Source of the DNA: Batkoa obscura
Taxonomy: Eukaryota
Assembly: GCA_030770535.1 (NCBI GenBank)
Contig: JASVEC010000012.1
Span: 806,001 to 870,000, forward strand
Reading direction: 5' to 3'
Length of the DNA stretch: 64,000 nucleotides
The notes beneath the pieces are model-generated. The model was not told the origin of the DNA. It ran no database searches and saw only the letters and a program-made list of their open reading frames with translations. A program made the translations under genes and the position numbers. Below are positions 49,809 through 62,243 of the stretch, piece after piece; position 1 is the first letter of the stretch, and every line of letters begins with the position of its first letter.

Positions 49809-52800
49809 GTTACTTACCCCAAGATAAATATCCACTTTAAATTCTTCACCAGTAATACCCGAATACATTGGTTCGTTACCATAATAATTATAACCTGCTT
49901 TAATCAATTGTTCACCAAAATAATCCGTTGCCGTATCTTTTTCATTAAATGTAAATGGTGTAGCATCTTGTTCTAAACCATGTAAAGCCCCTGCCTTACC
50001 TGCCATACTTTCAACAAACATACCAATAGTCATTCGAGATGGGAAAGCATGTGGATTAATAATAATATCTGGTTGAATACCAGATTCTGAAAAGGGCATA
50101 TCAATAGCTGGCCATTTTTGACTGCATACACCTTTTTGACCATGTCGAGATGAAAATTTATCCCCAATAACTGGAGATCTAGGTACTCGAAATTTAATAA
50201 TTAATTTAGTTAATTCTCGATTACCCAATGGACTACCAGTTAAAATGACATCATCAATAATAGCATCTTCACTTGATTTGTATTTAATAATTTTAGTTTT
50301 ATTAGTAATATGATTATGAACTGCATATAAAGCTGAACCAGTTGTTAATTTGGCCCCAATAAAAGGTAAACCGTCTTTATCTAATGTATCATTAATAGAA
50401 GGTGCTATTTTACTTCCAGGTGCAAATCCAAAATGTGCTGTTCTAACTTCGCCTCGATTTAAATTCTCTTCTAAATCAATAACTTCTGTTTTATAAACAG
50501 TACCGTAACCAAATCCTCTTTCATGAGATGATTTATTTAATATCATAGCATCTTCCATATCATAACCAGTATATGAAATAACACATACAACGGCATTAGT
50601 ACCATTAGGAAATTCATCCAAGGCATAATTGTTATGTAATTTGGGACGAACAATTGGAGATTGTCCAGTTTGTAATCGATATAATTTATTATCAGTTCTA
50701 TATTTTAATGCTTGTGCTGGTGTACCCATAGTTTGTTTACCCATTTGACATTGATACATATTACGTGGACTTTGATTAAAATCTGAAAATGGAGTTAAAT
50801 TAGCAACAACACTTAATATATTAGTTGGTGTATATTCAATATGGGTAGTTATACCAGGTACAATATCTTCTTTCATACATGCAATTTCCATATAAACTTG
50901 TTCAAATGGTCCAATAATATCTTGTTTTCCATTTTCAATATATTTAACTGGTCGTGTCATACGTGATGGTGATGAAAATAAATATAATCCAGGATATTGT
51001 CCACCATTACTTGGGGGTATATAACCAATTTCTAAATCTAACGGTATATCATTAGATCCATTAATTTTGATTTTTCTTAATTGTTTAGCAATAAGTAATG
51101 CGTCTTCTATATTACAATATCCGATTAATTTACCATCTAATTGAACTGAAATTGAATCTTTTGCACCAGTATAAATACTAGTAATTGGTGTAACACCAAG
51201 GGTAACTAATACATTTAATACGTTATTAATATTTGGAAATCTAGTAACAATATGACATTTATGAGCTAAATGATTTAATAAACCACAAGGGGAACCATCC
51301 GGTGTATGTACTGGACATAAAAATCCCCATGCTTCTGGCAATAATTTACGTACTGAAGTTGTTTTTAATTCAGCAAAGAAAGCACCACGATGAATACATT
51401 GAAAATGAGAAATATAACGTAAAAAGTTTAATTTTTCTGCAGCAATAACATAACCTGCTACTTGCATTTGATCCAATCCAGATTTACTAACTAAATTTCC
51501 TGTTGCTAAAAAGAAGTGTAATTTACTACCAATATCCGAATTAATTTTATTAATAACTGTATTAATATAATTTTTTTTCATTATATCCGCTGTACTATTT
51601 TTACGACGATGATCTAGAGTTAAAGCTACTTTAATATTATTTAAATAGTCATCAATTCTTTCTTTTAAAATAGCATTGTATAATTGACCACCCAATAAAA
51701 CTTCGTGAAATTGAGGGGAATCTGGATTATCTGCACAAACTTTACCTGCAGCTAAAGCATATAATTTACTAATCATATGAATTAATAAATTAAATTTATC
51801 TAGATTATTATTTAGATGAACAAATATTAAATCTTTTAATAACACTTTCCCAATTTCATGTAATGGTAAGCCATCATCTACATCCATAACTACTCGAAAT
51901 TTACTAGCTAAATATTCCAAACATTGCTTATTAGTAAATACATTATATTCTTTAAAACTTCTTAATAAAACTTCAACACGATCAATTAAAAAGGAATTAT
52001 CAATATCTTCTTTAACAATGGCATCAAAAATATCTTTATCACTAACTTCTAAAAACGCTTTTAATACAATCATTGCTGGTACTAAGTATTCTTGTTTTCT
52101 ATAATAAAATTTAACAACACAGTTACCATCCGTAAGATAATGAACTGTAATTGTAGATGAAGTTTCATCATCTCTTACACATCTAATAACAGCACCATAA
52201 TTAGAATAATTAGACCCACGATTACTAAAAGAAGGTCGAACTAATAAAGTTACCTAATAAAAAATAATGTTAAATACTAACTTAAAAAAAATACTAAAAA
52301 AATAAACTTACAATATTTCTTCTAGGTGCAATTAACAAACGAATAATTTTTTCAATCCCATTAATAATAAAATAACCTCCCATTTCTTCGGATTCTTCAT
52401 GTTTACTCACCAATTTTTTGGGTCCAAACTTATACAAGTTACATTTACTTGATTTAATCATAATAGGAGCTTGGCCTAAAATTTTAGGTTCACTTATGAC
52501 AGGCCCATCATTAATTTGATAACAAAGTTTAGCACTAATAGCACCAGCATAAGTAGTTCTTCTTTCTCTACATTCACTTGGATAAACCAATCGATCCGAA
52601 GAATATTTTTCTCGATCCGAAAGTACTGGACGAGAAATACTCACATTTTCGATCCAAATTTTAATTCGATTCCCTTTGACTCGTTCTGTTAATGTACTAC
52701 CATCATAAAATATTTTGGGTCGGATGTTTTTTATAGCAAGGTCAAGGATACCACGAGTATCATTAGGGCGATCACATGCGAAGATATTGTTGAAGCCTTC

Positions 52801-52878
52801 AATGTGATGACGGGTAATGGTCTGTAAATCGGGGTATTGGAAATTATCACTTTGTGTGCTTGTGGTGTTCGGGGCCAT
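49281..52878 (-). CDS. RPA2: RNA polymerase I second-largest subunit (4 exons)
   Basis: [94 protein letters not shown] and a C-terminal zinc ribbon. Confidence 0.97.
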
Positions 52879-53735
52879 TTCTTTAATCTATAATATGGTT
52901 AAAATTAAAAATGGAATTTTCTGGGCTATGAATGAAGGTTTATGGGATTTTGTAAATTTGATCCGAAGATTAAAATTTTGGGCAAAGATGCTATCTTGGA
53001 TTTGCTTTCGAGAATAAGTCAAATTCATTATAATCTAAGTTTTTAATTTCGATTAATAATAGTGATAATAAATCAAATATAGATACTATGAAAAAAATAT
53101 ATTTTATGATTAATAGCTTTTTCCCACTACTAATTAGTTTAAACATGATTCTTCTTACCTACCTTGAAGTTATCATGAAATAAAACGAACTTATTATATG
53201 CAGTATAAAACTCTAGTCCAAATTGCTGATTCCAATGTCATGCTTTAGTTTTCTCACTTCATTTTCTTAAAAGGCTCATTTCTAAAGCAATATTGTACTA
53301 GTTATAATTAAAAGCTAATCCAAGGCAGAATCATCTATTTAAAATCAATTTCTAAAGTATTTATACTAGTTGGTTACTTATAATAATAATAGTGATGTTA
53401 TTATATAAAAAGTATTGAATGATTTATAGGATAGTAGTGTTTATTATAGTAATTTATATTATTATAGCAGAGAGTAAAAGCGCATTTACAATAAAGATTG
53501 GTTTAAAAATAACTGAAATGATTCAAAAACTATCATTTATATTATTATGTAGTTTAATAATAATTATATAATTAACTATTTAAATGATAAATGTTCAAAA
53601 AGTTTAAAGGTCATAATAGAGAACCGTTATTTTTTATACTTTTAATATATTTATTTAGCTTATTTCTATTATTTTCAAGTTATAATAAAATTTATTAAAA
53701 AATTTACAAATGCTAAGAGCTTCTCTAACCCATCA

Positions 53736-53836
53736 TATGTGGATGTATTTTTGTGTTTAATTTTACTAACAATTTTTCCGCTCAAATAGCGCTTAAAAAT
53801 GGGAAAGGTAATGAAACCAAAAAAAAACATCTCATA
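53736..53836 (-). mobile_element. ~104-bp MITE, copy 11
   Basis: TATGTGGATGTATTTTTG...AAAACATCTCATA. Confidence 0.85.
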
Positions 53837-55042
53837 CCTTTTGGAAATATTTAAATTTGTTACATGAGGGATAAAGTAAAAAATTAATGATAATTTGAAA
53901 TTGCTAAACACATTGTATATTTTAAAATAATTGATTGTCAGTGCTTAATATTCTAATTTAAGAATTAATTAATTACTTTTACAATAAATATTAGTTTTCA
54001 AAAACCTTATATCTAGCTTATATGCTGTCTATATTATTTTGTAGAAGAACAAACAATACAAAATGGATGATGTCGATGTTTGAAGGTAGTTCATAAAATG
54101 ATGTTATTAGTTTATAATTATTGCTTTAAAATAAAACTATTGCAACTCTTTTTAGTCTATTTAGCATCTTATTTAAGAAAAAAATTAAGGTTAAAATATA
54201 CTTAAAATAGAATAATTAGATATTAGAAAAATCAAGTATGCAAATAAATTACTTACAAAAACTATTGCTAAAAAGTCACAAAAGAGTTGCAACAGCTGTG
54301 TTTAAGTAACCACATTGGAGTGGATAATATCGTTTACAATTATTTTATCTCTTTTACAAACTATGTAATTGTTCATTAAAAGATGAAATTTATACTGAAT
54401 ATCAGACAAAATATTAGGACCAGGCCTTAAAAGATCATTTATATAAATTATTTAACTATAGAAAGTGTCGCTAAATGAATTGTCAAAGAGATAAAGCAGA
54501 TGTAAGCATCAAATAGTTGAACCTAAAATAGTGCAATTTTAAATTACTATTTTTTGGCTTTATTTGAGTTAAACTAAAGCCTATTTTAAGCTGAGCGAAT
54601 TAATACTGCTGAGAAATTTTAAAAAAATGATAATTTCATTTTGATAGCCAAACTGTCAACATTCGCCATAGTTTACTTTTGAGCATTAATTGCTATACTG
54701 TCCTATCATTATGGTAACATGTGAATAATCTTAGTTTAATATAGTCGAATTTTAATATTTTCAATATTTTCATTAGCGATTTCAATTCATCCTAATTCCC
54801 TCTAATTTTAGTTTGATGATCTTTGAAATTCTAAAAATGGATTTTTTTTACTTTTATAACAAAATCGACAAGTTATTTAAAAATAATTGAAGATCGAGCA
54901 TGTATATCAAAGAGCTTCATTAAAACCCAAGTCAATCAATAAAGAGGTTAATTTGAATTTTTTAAATCCTCTATTTTTTATTAATATTTTTCTATTTTCT
55001 ATTTATTTTTTGAAGCCCGGCTGCTTCACGTTTTGAAAAAAA

Positions 55043-56547
55043 ATGAAACTTCAACTTACATGGATAATAATTGCTCTTTTATCGGGTCAAATTGCTTCTT
55101 TAGACCCAAAAGCAAAAGACGTGAAAAATGAATCTTCAGCAAAAGATAAAAATACTGTAAAAGAATTAGCAAACAATAAAGAACCTCAAGTTTCCCCTCA
55201 GTTTGGCGCTCAAGCTCAGTTTGGCGCTCAAGATTCATTCGGTGGCCATGCTCAATTTGGTGGAGCCCAAGCCCAATTTGGAGGTGCTCAGGCCCAATTA
55301 GGCGGCATGGATCAATTTGGCGGAGCTCAAGGTCAATTTGGTGGACAAGCCCAATTTGGTGGAGCTCAAGGTCAATTCGGTGGACAAGATCAATTTGGTG
55401 GAGCTCAAGGTCAATTCGGTGGACAAGATCAATTTGGAGGAGCTCAAGGTCAATTCGGTGGACAAGACCAGTTCGGGCAAGGTCAAATAGGCCAAGGGCA
55501 GTTCGGAGGAGCTCAAGGTCAATTTGGAGGAGCTCAAGGCCAATTCGTTGGACAAGATCAATTTGGTGAAGCTCAAGGTCAATTTGGAGGAGCTCAAGGT
55601 CAATTCGGTGGACAAGATCAATTTGGAGGAGCTCAAGGTCAATTCGGTGGACAAGATCAATTTGGAGGAGCTCAAGGTCAATTCGGTGGACAAGATCAAT
55701 TTGGAGGAGCTCAAGGTCAATTCGGTGGACAAGATCAGTTTGGGCAAGGTCAAATAGGCCAAGGTCAATTCGGAGGACAAGGTCAATTCGGAGGACAAGG
55801 TCAATTCGGAGGACAAGGTCAATTCGGAGGACAAGATCAATTCGGGGGAGCACAAGGCCAATTTGGAGGAGCACAAGGCCAATTTGGTGGTCAAGGACAG
55901 TTTGGAGGAGCACAAGGCCAATTTGGCGGTGGGCAAAGTCTTCCAAGAGGATCCAGCAAACCTCCACCAAACGGTTTAGTAAGTCCAAACCAGCTCCCAC
56001 CTAGAATTTTAAAATTCTTTGGCTCTTATGGAAATAAAGGAGGTCTCATTGATGTGTTCACTGAAGATGATGTACCAAAAAGTATATGGGATGGTAAACT
56101 CGGAAATCGCCCAGGTAATAATTAATCCACTATTTTAATACTGTATTAACATATTTAGATGGCACTTATCAAAGAAATCGTCTATCAAGATCACTTTATA
56201 TTGGAAAAATTAGAATTCCTTATGGTGCAAGAGGTTGTTCAACTAATATTTTTGAGTGGACTTTCAAGCATACTCTTACCCATCTTACCCAAGATATTAT
56301 TGATCTCTTAAACATGTCACTCCATGGAGATATTAATAGTTTGGCCATCTGGGTGTCAGAATTCGGATACATGCATAGTATTGGACTTCTTGAGGATGTC
56401 TTTAATTTAGTTAACCCAGTGAATCTTGCCAACACCGTTTTCCAATTTGCTGGTGGTAAAAAAGAAGGTTTTTGTCTTGCAGGTACTGTAGCGTCTTTTG
56501 AAAATTACAGACGTAAAAAAGCTTTAGGATTAAGGAATGTTACTTAG
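55043..56547 (+). CDS. Secreted Gly/Gln/Phe-repeat protein with a non-repetitive C-terminal domain (2 exons, 486 aa)
   Basis: Signal peptide MKLQLTWIIIALLSGQIAS and GGAQGQF/GGQDQF repeats. A 44-nt intron at 56115..56158 joins in frame to the 56314..56547 ORF. Confidence 0.85.
55196..55933 (+). repeat. Coding tandem repeat (21-bp GGAQGQF and 18-bp GGQDQF/GGQGQF units)
   Basis: Directly visible, with synonymous variation between units. Confidence 0.95.
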
Positions 56548-56648
56548 CTAATAAACTAAACTTATTAAGAATTTTAAATAAAATAGTTCAAAATTATTCA
56601 AAAATATCGATAGTTTTTAAATATCAAATTTTAAGATCAACAGTATAT

Positions 56649-57152
56649 TTATTTAAAATTCTTTTTATGCCAATTTTCAATTGAATCTGTTGGATAATCA
56701 TCATATAGGCTGCATTTACTAGAATTGGAATCTAGAATAGAAACCCATGAAGCTTTAGAGTTTAATTTTATATGGCAAATGTTATAATCACCTTCGTTTG
56801 GTAACTCTGAATCAATAGCAGAAGCAAAAGGATAAAAATAATCTTTATATGTCGGATCATATGCCCAAAGGTTGGAGCTACAATTACCACAAAAATAACG
56901 AGTGTTCCCACTAACTTTTTGCTTCTCTGGTGAATCGTCATAATTCATGATAGCTTTGTAACCTTTAAGCTCTATGCCTTCATTTACTTTATATTCTAAG
57001 GTTGAGTATGCTCCCATTATATTTATTGCATAGCCCCCACCGCCTTGTACTTTTCGACATATAGAACAATAACATCGATTATATGGGACCGGAGTATTGC
57101 TAGTGAATGTAAATTTTATTCCTCTACAGTGACAGGATCCTTCCAACTCCAT
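56649..57152 (-). CDS. GFA/CENP-V (Mss4-like) zinc-binding protein, intronless
   Basis: LEGSCHC, RCYCSICRK, RYFCGNCSSNLW motifs. Confidence 0.9.
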   Translation of the reverse strand: MELEGSCHCRGIKFTFTSNTPVPYNRCYCSICRKVQGGGGYAINIMGAYSTLEYKVNEGIELKGYKAIMNYDDSPEKQKVSGNTRYFCGNCSSNLWAYDPTYKDYFYPFASAIDSELPNEGDYNICHIKLNSKASWVSILDSNSSKCSLYDDYPTDSIENWHKKNFK

Positions 57153-57577
57153 ATTAGAAGAGAATTTAAAATAGTTTTCAAAAAACTATACAAATTAAGT
57201 CAAACTTGGTTTATATATTGTTGGACTTAATTACGTGTTATTGTCATCTATTGGCCTTTTGAAAATTAAAGCACAATTGATTAATATTTGCAGAATTCAT
57301 TTACACTATTTTCAAAAAGGGGGGATACTTTAGAAAAAAAGTTGCACATTCAATAAAAAAAACTCAATCAACTTTTTTTGGTTGGTATTAGAGTAAGATA
57401 AATGGTCAAAAAAAGATGGCTTAAACAAAAAACGCCAGCTAAACTAAAAGATTAAATTAGATCAAATAGCCCTCTCTACCTTAACTTTAATCAGTATACT
57501 CAAATAAAGTACAATACAGCATTTTGAATTTTATTTTGAAATTTTACTATACTTTTGCTTTATAGCGCAAAATGATT

Positions 57578-57621
57578 CTTTACTCACTTTACTCACTTTA
57601 CTCACTTTACTCACTTTACTC
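57578..57621 (+). repeat. Short tandem repeat (TTTACTCAC) x~5
   Basis: Directly visible 9-bp unit. Confidence 0.85.
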
Positions 57622-58156
57622 TAATATCATAACCAATGAGTTTTTTTTTGGAATATTATTAAGCAAATACTAATTATATTATTAATATTGACAACATGCT
57701 TTGATAACAAATTTTAAGGTAATAAAAATAATAGGGTTAATATTGTGTTATATATAAAATTTATGATAAAAGTGATGGTATTAAATACTTATTTAAGAAT
57801 CTTTTTCCTATGTCCATTATTATCGAATATAGTTAACCCAATACATTAACCAATCAATTTAAAAAATTCTAATGACTTTAACCCTTAAATTTATAACTTA
57901 ACTAGTTAATTTACTTTATTAGCAATGATTATATGCTTTAAGTAATATTGATATACTTTATAGTTGAATTTTTACTTATTAGTAATTTTCAATTATAATG
58001 GTTTATGTTTTGATAAAAAATAATGATATAAATGTAATATTTGAAAATAAGTATATAATGAATAATTAAGTATTGTTTAAAGCTTGATATTGATCAGTTT
58101 GATGTCATATAAATTAAGATTATAAAATATCCAAATAAGTTCTACTTTTTTGTGGC

Positions 58157-58361
58157 CTAACAATCTCTACCATAACAGCATTTGCCCCAATTGCAATCTC
58201 CGTTAATACTCCATCGTGGACTTACAGCATACTGATGGCAAGCATTCCAGCAATCTCGGTCCCTAAAACAGCCGCGTCCAGTAACATTACATCTTCTATA
58301 AATACTTAGTTTCCAAAAGAAAAAAAAAGAGAATAAATAATAATATGAAATTATACAACAG
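58157..58361 (-). pseudogene. Defensin-like peptide pseudogene
   Basis: Mature region SIYRRCNVTGRGCFRDRDCWNACHQYAVSPRWSINGDCNWGKCCYGRDC*. Start position reads CTG, the signal peptide is out of frame, and two Cys have become Tyr. Confidence 0.8.
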
Positions 58362-58774
58362 TTTATGTAGTCTAAAACAATACAGTTATTAATATCTAGG
58401 ATTAAATTTTACAGTTGAAACCCATACCGTTTAAGATAAAAAATAAGAGTTAATAATTTTTTGTGTAGTTTTATACACTATTCATACCATCATTTTTAGG
58501 GATAAACAATATAATGTTGATAATATCAACATTCAGTGGTAGGCTATGTGTAACATCATAATTTATAGTTTTTACCTCAAAATAAAATTAACTTAAATCA
58601 AAATTATTCATTGTCATATTATCGTAAAGTGGATAATTTAAGTATTTAACCTTTTTTTATTGAATATTTTAATTTAGCGTTTATCGTATCAACCATCAAC
58701 CCCTTTTATTATTTCAATGCTGCTTTATATTATAAATTTAATGTTATCCAGTGACATTGATGATATAACTTATT

Positions 58775-58870
58775 CTAATTAAGTAGAATTTGGTGATAGG
58801 TAAAAGAATTGGAAATAATATCAAAAAGGAAAAAAAAGACAACGAATAATAATTTGAAACTGTTAAGCAT
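58775..58870 (-). pseudogene. Truncated defensin-like unit (promoter and signal peptide only)
   Basis: MLNSFKLLFVVFFFLF then unrelated DIISNSFTYHQILLN*. The upstream flank is homologous to those of the other units. Confidence 0.7.
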
Positions 58871-59786
58871 TATATATATTCTAAAATAATTGTTAATAGT
58901 TGTAATAAAATTTTATAATTTATATTGTTACCTTTTATAATGAAAAAAAATAAGAATTGGTGAACTTAATGTATAGTTTTAAACACTATTATACAGACGT
59001 TTTTAAGAATAATCACACGGAGTTGATGACATCAAAATCTAAGGGTTGGTTGTATACAAATTTACGTATTTCATGACTACTTGCTTTAAATTAAGATTAA
59101 CTTCATTTATAAAGTTTGTGATAATAATGGAATGGATGATCTTGCTTATCAACAATAGGATATAATATATTATTCCTTTTCTTTAATTTTTTTAAAAGGG
59201 ACAATCCCTCAAGTGTTTTATTATTAAAAATAATATATTATTCTTTAAGTTAGCTTTTAAGGTTTAATCTGTCAACTCCTTTATTATAGTTTTTAGTTTT
59301 CTATATAACACTTTTTATAGCATAACTGTCGCAACTCTTTTCTACATATTTAGAAATAATTTCTATAACTAAGTTATTTATATAGTCATTTTTTTAAAAG
59401 TCTGATACTTACACTTTAGTTAAATTTAAAATAATTTTTCTTCTTAAATGAATAGTTGATTAGGTCACAAAAGAACTGCAACAGTCGGACTATTAAATAT
59501 GATTTAGAGATATGAAAAGAACTAAAGATAGCATACATATAGCTAAATATTATAAATCTAACAATACTATTTTGGATCTAAATATATAAAGGATCAAAAA
59601 TTTAACTTGATTTATTCTAATAATAAAATAAGATGTCTGTTATCTTTAAACTCCTGCTATTTCTATTTAACAAAGTAGGAGAATAAGTCATTATTTTTAA
59701 ATTATCCCATTAATATTTTTTTAATCATTTTCATAGGATTTTACATTGTCTTTTCAAAGGTTCGAAAATGACAATGATAACAAACG

Positions 59787-59890
59787 TATGGAAGTGTTTT
59801 TTTGGTTTTATCATTTTTTCTATTTTTTGAGCACTATTTGACTGGAAAAGTTGTTAGTAAAATTCTTAAACACAAAAATACATCCCTATA
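59787..59890 (+). mobile_element. ~104-bp MITE, copy 12
   Basis: TATGGAAGTGTTTTT...ATACATCCCTATA. Confidence 0.85.
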
Positions 59891-60486
59891 TGGATTGTGA
59901 CATTTTAAATCCAGCATAAAAGTTCTTTTTAATATTGATATATACAATATGTATCCATTTTGTAATAAAAGTAACGTACTCAACTTTGTAAAGTAAATCT
60001 ATAGGTCTCTTTACTAATTAAGTTATTATCAAATATACTTCTTATTTCAAATACAACTATCACTTTATTGTTAAATATCTTTTATTATGAAGTTTGTAAT
60101 AATTTGAATTGCTAGCTGATACTATGAACAAGAAGTACATTACTTAAAGCAGTAACAATACATCTTATAATTAAAATAATTAGTTATCTAATTTTTTGAT
60201 CTTGTTAGTTCGAATTTCTATTAAAATACCAATCTATTATGTATAAACATTACTTGAGCATTAAATATAATTTAATCGAATCAAAAAACATTTTACCATT
60301 CAGTAGATTGGAAATAAAAATATAAAAATTAGAAATATTAAGCAGGAAATTAGATTGATACAAATTATACAAACCGTTTATTTTAATAGAATATAGATCG
60401 TTCAATAAGGTAATAAAAATAATTCAGTACCATATAAAGCAATATTGTAAAGTATCAAAGTAAACAAATGTATACTTTTATGTAGT

Positions 60487-60696
60487 TTAGCAATCATCAC
60501 CACAGCAGCAAGAACCCCAATCGCAATCCCCATTAAGACCCCATCTATTACTACTATGACTCCAACCACAAGCGTTTAAGCAATCCTGGTCAATAAGACA
60601 TTGGCCAGCTCTAACACTACATCTTCTACAGATATCCGAGCCAGCTACAAAGAGGACAAAAAAGAGAACTAATAATAATTTGAAACTGTTAAACAT
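60487..60696 (-). CDS. Secreted 10-Cys defensin-like peptide A (69 aa)
   Basis: Signal peptide then C-x2-C-x6-C-x5-C-x3-C-x14-C-x4-CCC-x3-C with a GDC gamma-core-like motif; paralogs adjacent. Confidence 0.85.
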   Translation of the reverse strand: MFNSFKLLLVLFFVLFVAGSDICRRCSVRAGQCLIDQDCLNACGWSHSSNRWGLNGDCDWGSCCCGDDC

Positions 60697-62030
60697 TTTT
60701 TATATTCTATAATAAATTATTATTAGTACTTGTAATAATATTTATGAAGTTAAGTGATTACTTTTTACAATGAGAAAACTATTGTTGATAACCTTCATGT
60801 ATCATTTTGTACATTATTTATACCATTTTTTAAGGATATACAATATGGAGCTAATGATATCAATATCCAAGGATAAACAATATAGGGTTGACAATATCGA
60901 TATTTAAGGTTAAGCTATATTTGAAATTTTATATGTCATTATTTTTGACCTAAAATAAAGTTAACTCCATTTATATAGTTTGTGACAATACTGGAATGAA
61001 TCATTTTTGCTTTTAAATTAAAATTTGATTTATTCAAATTTTTAACTTAACATTTAACCTGTCAACTCCTTTTCTTATTTCATTTGATAAATTTTTTAAG
61101 TTAAAAATTTTATAATATTCTGTGACGTATCCTCTAATTATAGAATTGATCCTTATAAAATAGAATTCGGAGGTAGGTGAAAGAGTCGGAGATAATATCA
61201 ACACGGAGAACTATTATAAGGTCAATAATACTGCTCCTTATTTTATTAAAATTTAATTGCTTCCTACTCATCATATCCTATTGATGAAAACTAAGAGACA
61301 TCTATTTTTTAAGACCTGCCTTCTATTGTATAAGCGCAAAAACGAAATATAATTTCATGAATTTTTCCTTGATACTTCCTGAACACTATCAAGCAAATGG
61401 CAATATACTTTTTCAATAAAGATTACATTATTTGATGTAAAAATTCTATTATTAGAAATAATTAGCTTTGATATAAACTATCGTACTATAATACTAAAGC
61501 TTATGTCATATTTTTATTATAAAACACATTAAATTTACAACTTTAATTTATACTTTTTTTGATTTCTATTAATATCATAAATGATTAATTTGTATAAGTG
61601 ATTTATAATTGATTAATTTTTTCATAAATAGTTTTTTATCAGATTTATAATAGAATTAAACGTTAGCTGCTTACAAGTATGAGCTATACTACTAAAAGAA
61701 ATAGTAATTGTTTAAGTCAAAATTTTATTTATTCATGATCCTTTATTTATGATTCAAGTATCATAATAAAGTAATAGTATATGTGCATCTCTGGATCTTA
61801 GACAGTATAAGAACTGAAAGAATAAAAAGCCCTTTAGCTTTTGATAAACTAGAATACGAATTGTTAAAATTTGAAATATCAAACTTGAAACCAAACTGAT
61901 GCTATAAACAACAAAATAGATTATTTTGACAGAAAAGATAGCTTCTTTAATAGGATAATGTTAAAAAAACTCAGTATTATATCAAGCAATATTGCAAAAT
62001 ATAAAATAAAAAAATACACTACTGTGTAAT

Positions 62031-62243
62031 TTAGCAATCATCACCACAGCAGCAAAAACCCCAATCGCAATCTCCATTGATACCCCATCGTGAACTTGAA
62101 GGATACTCATGGCAAGCATTTCCACATTCATAATCAGCAACACATATTCCTCCAGCTCTAACATTACATCTTCTACAGATATCCGAGCCAGCTACAAAGA
62201 GGACAAAAAAGAGAACTAATAATAATTTGAAACTGTTAAACAT
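62031..62243 (-). CDS. Secreted 10-Cys defensin-like peptide B (70 aa)
   Basis: Identical signal peptide to A, same Cys scaffold, divergent inter-Cys residues. Confidence 0.85.
   Translation of the reverse strand: MFNSFKLLLVLFFVLFVAGSDICRRCNVRAGGICVADYECGNACHEYPSSSRWGINGDCDWGFCCCGDDC

Noticed and set aside
53675..53911. 78-aa ORF
   Set aside because: It runs through MITE copy 11 and has a non-ATG start and no protein features.
55056..56000. Long antisense and alternate-frame ORFs (55056..56000, 55298..55936, 55524..55757)
   Set aside because: These are shadows of the stop-poor GQF coding repeat; the plus-strand frame has the signal peptide and spliced C-terminus.
57578..57621. (TTTACTCAC)n as an interstitial telomere
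   Set aside because: Only about five units, and it does not resemble TTAGGG-type repeats.
58157..58300. Loss of two Cys in the pseudogene as evidence that they form a disulfide pair
   Set aside because: Under canonical CS-alpha-beta pairing these two are not partners, and both are TGT>TAT changes consistent with general decay.
5045..59890. Dispersed ~104-bp repeats or the 13-bp array as a CRISPR-like system
   Set aside because: There is no repeat-spacer periodicity and no cas genes, the context is eukaryotic, and the TIRs indicate a MITE.
2018..62164. Other short ORF-track calls (2018, 3235, 4301, 13140, 30102, 31034, 31050, 31105, 34840, 44976, 49445, 52817, 56220, 57045, 61982)
   Set aside because: They are antisense or off-frame overlaps of supported genes, or low-complexity AT-rich ORFs often with non-ATG starts.
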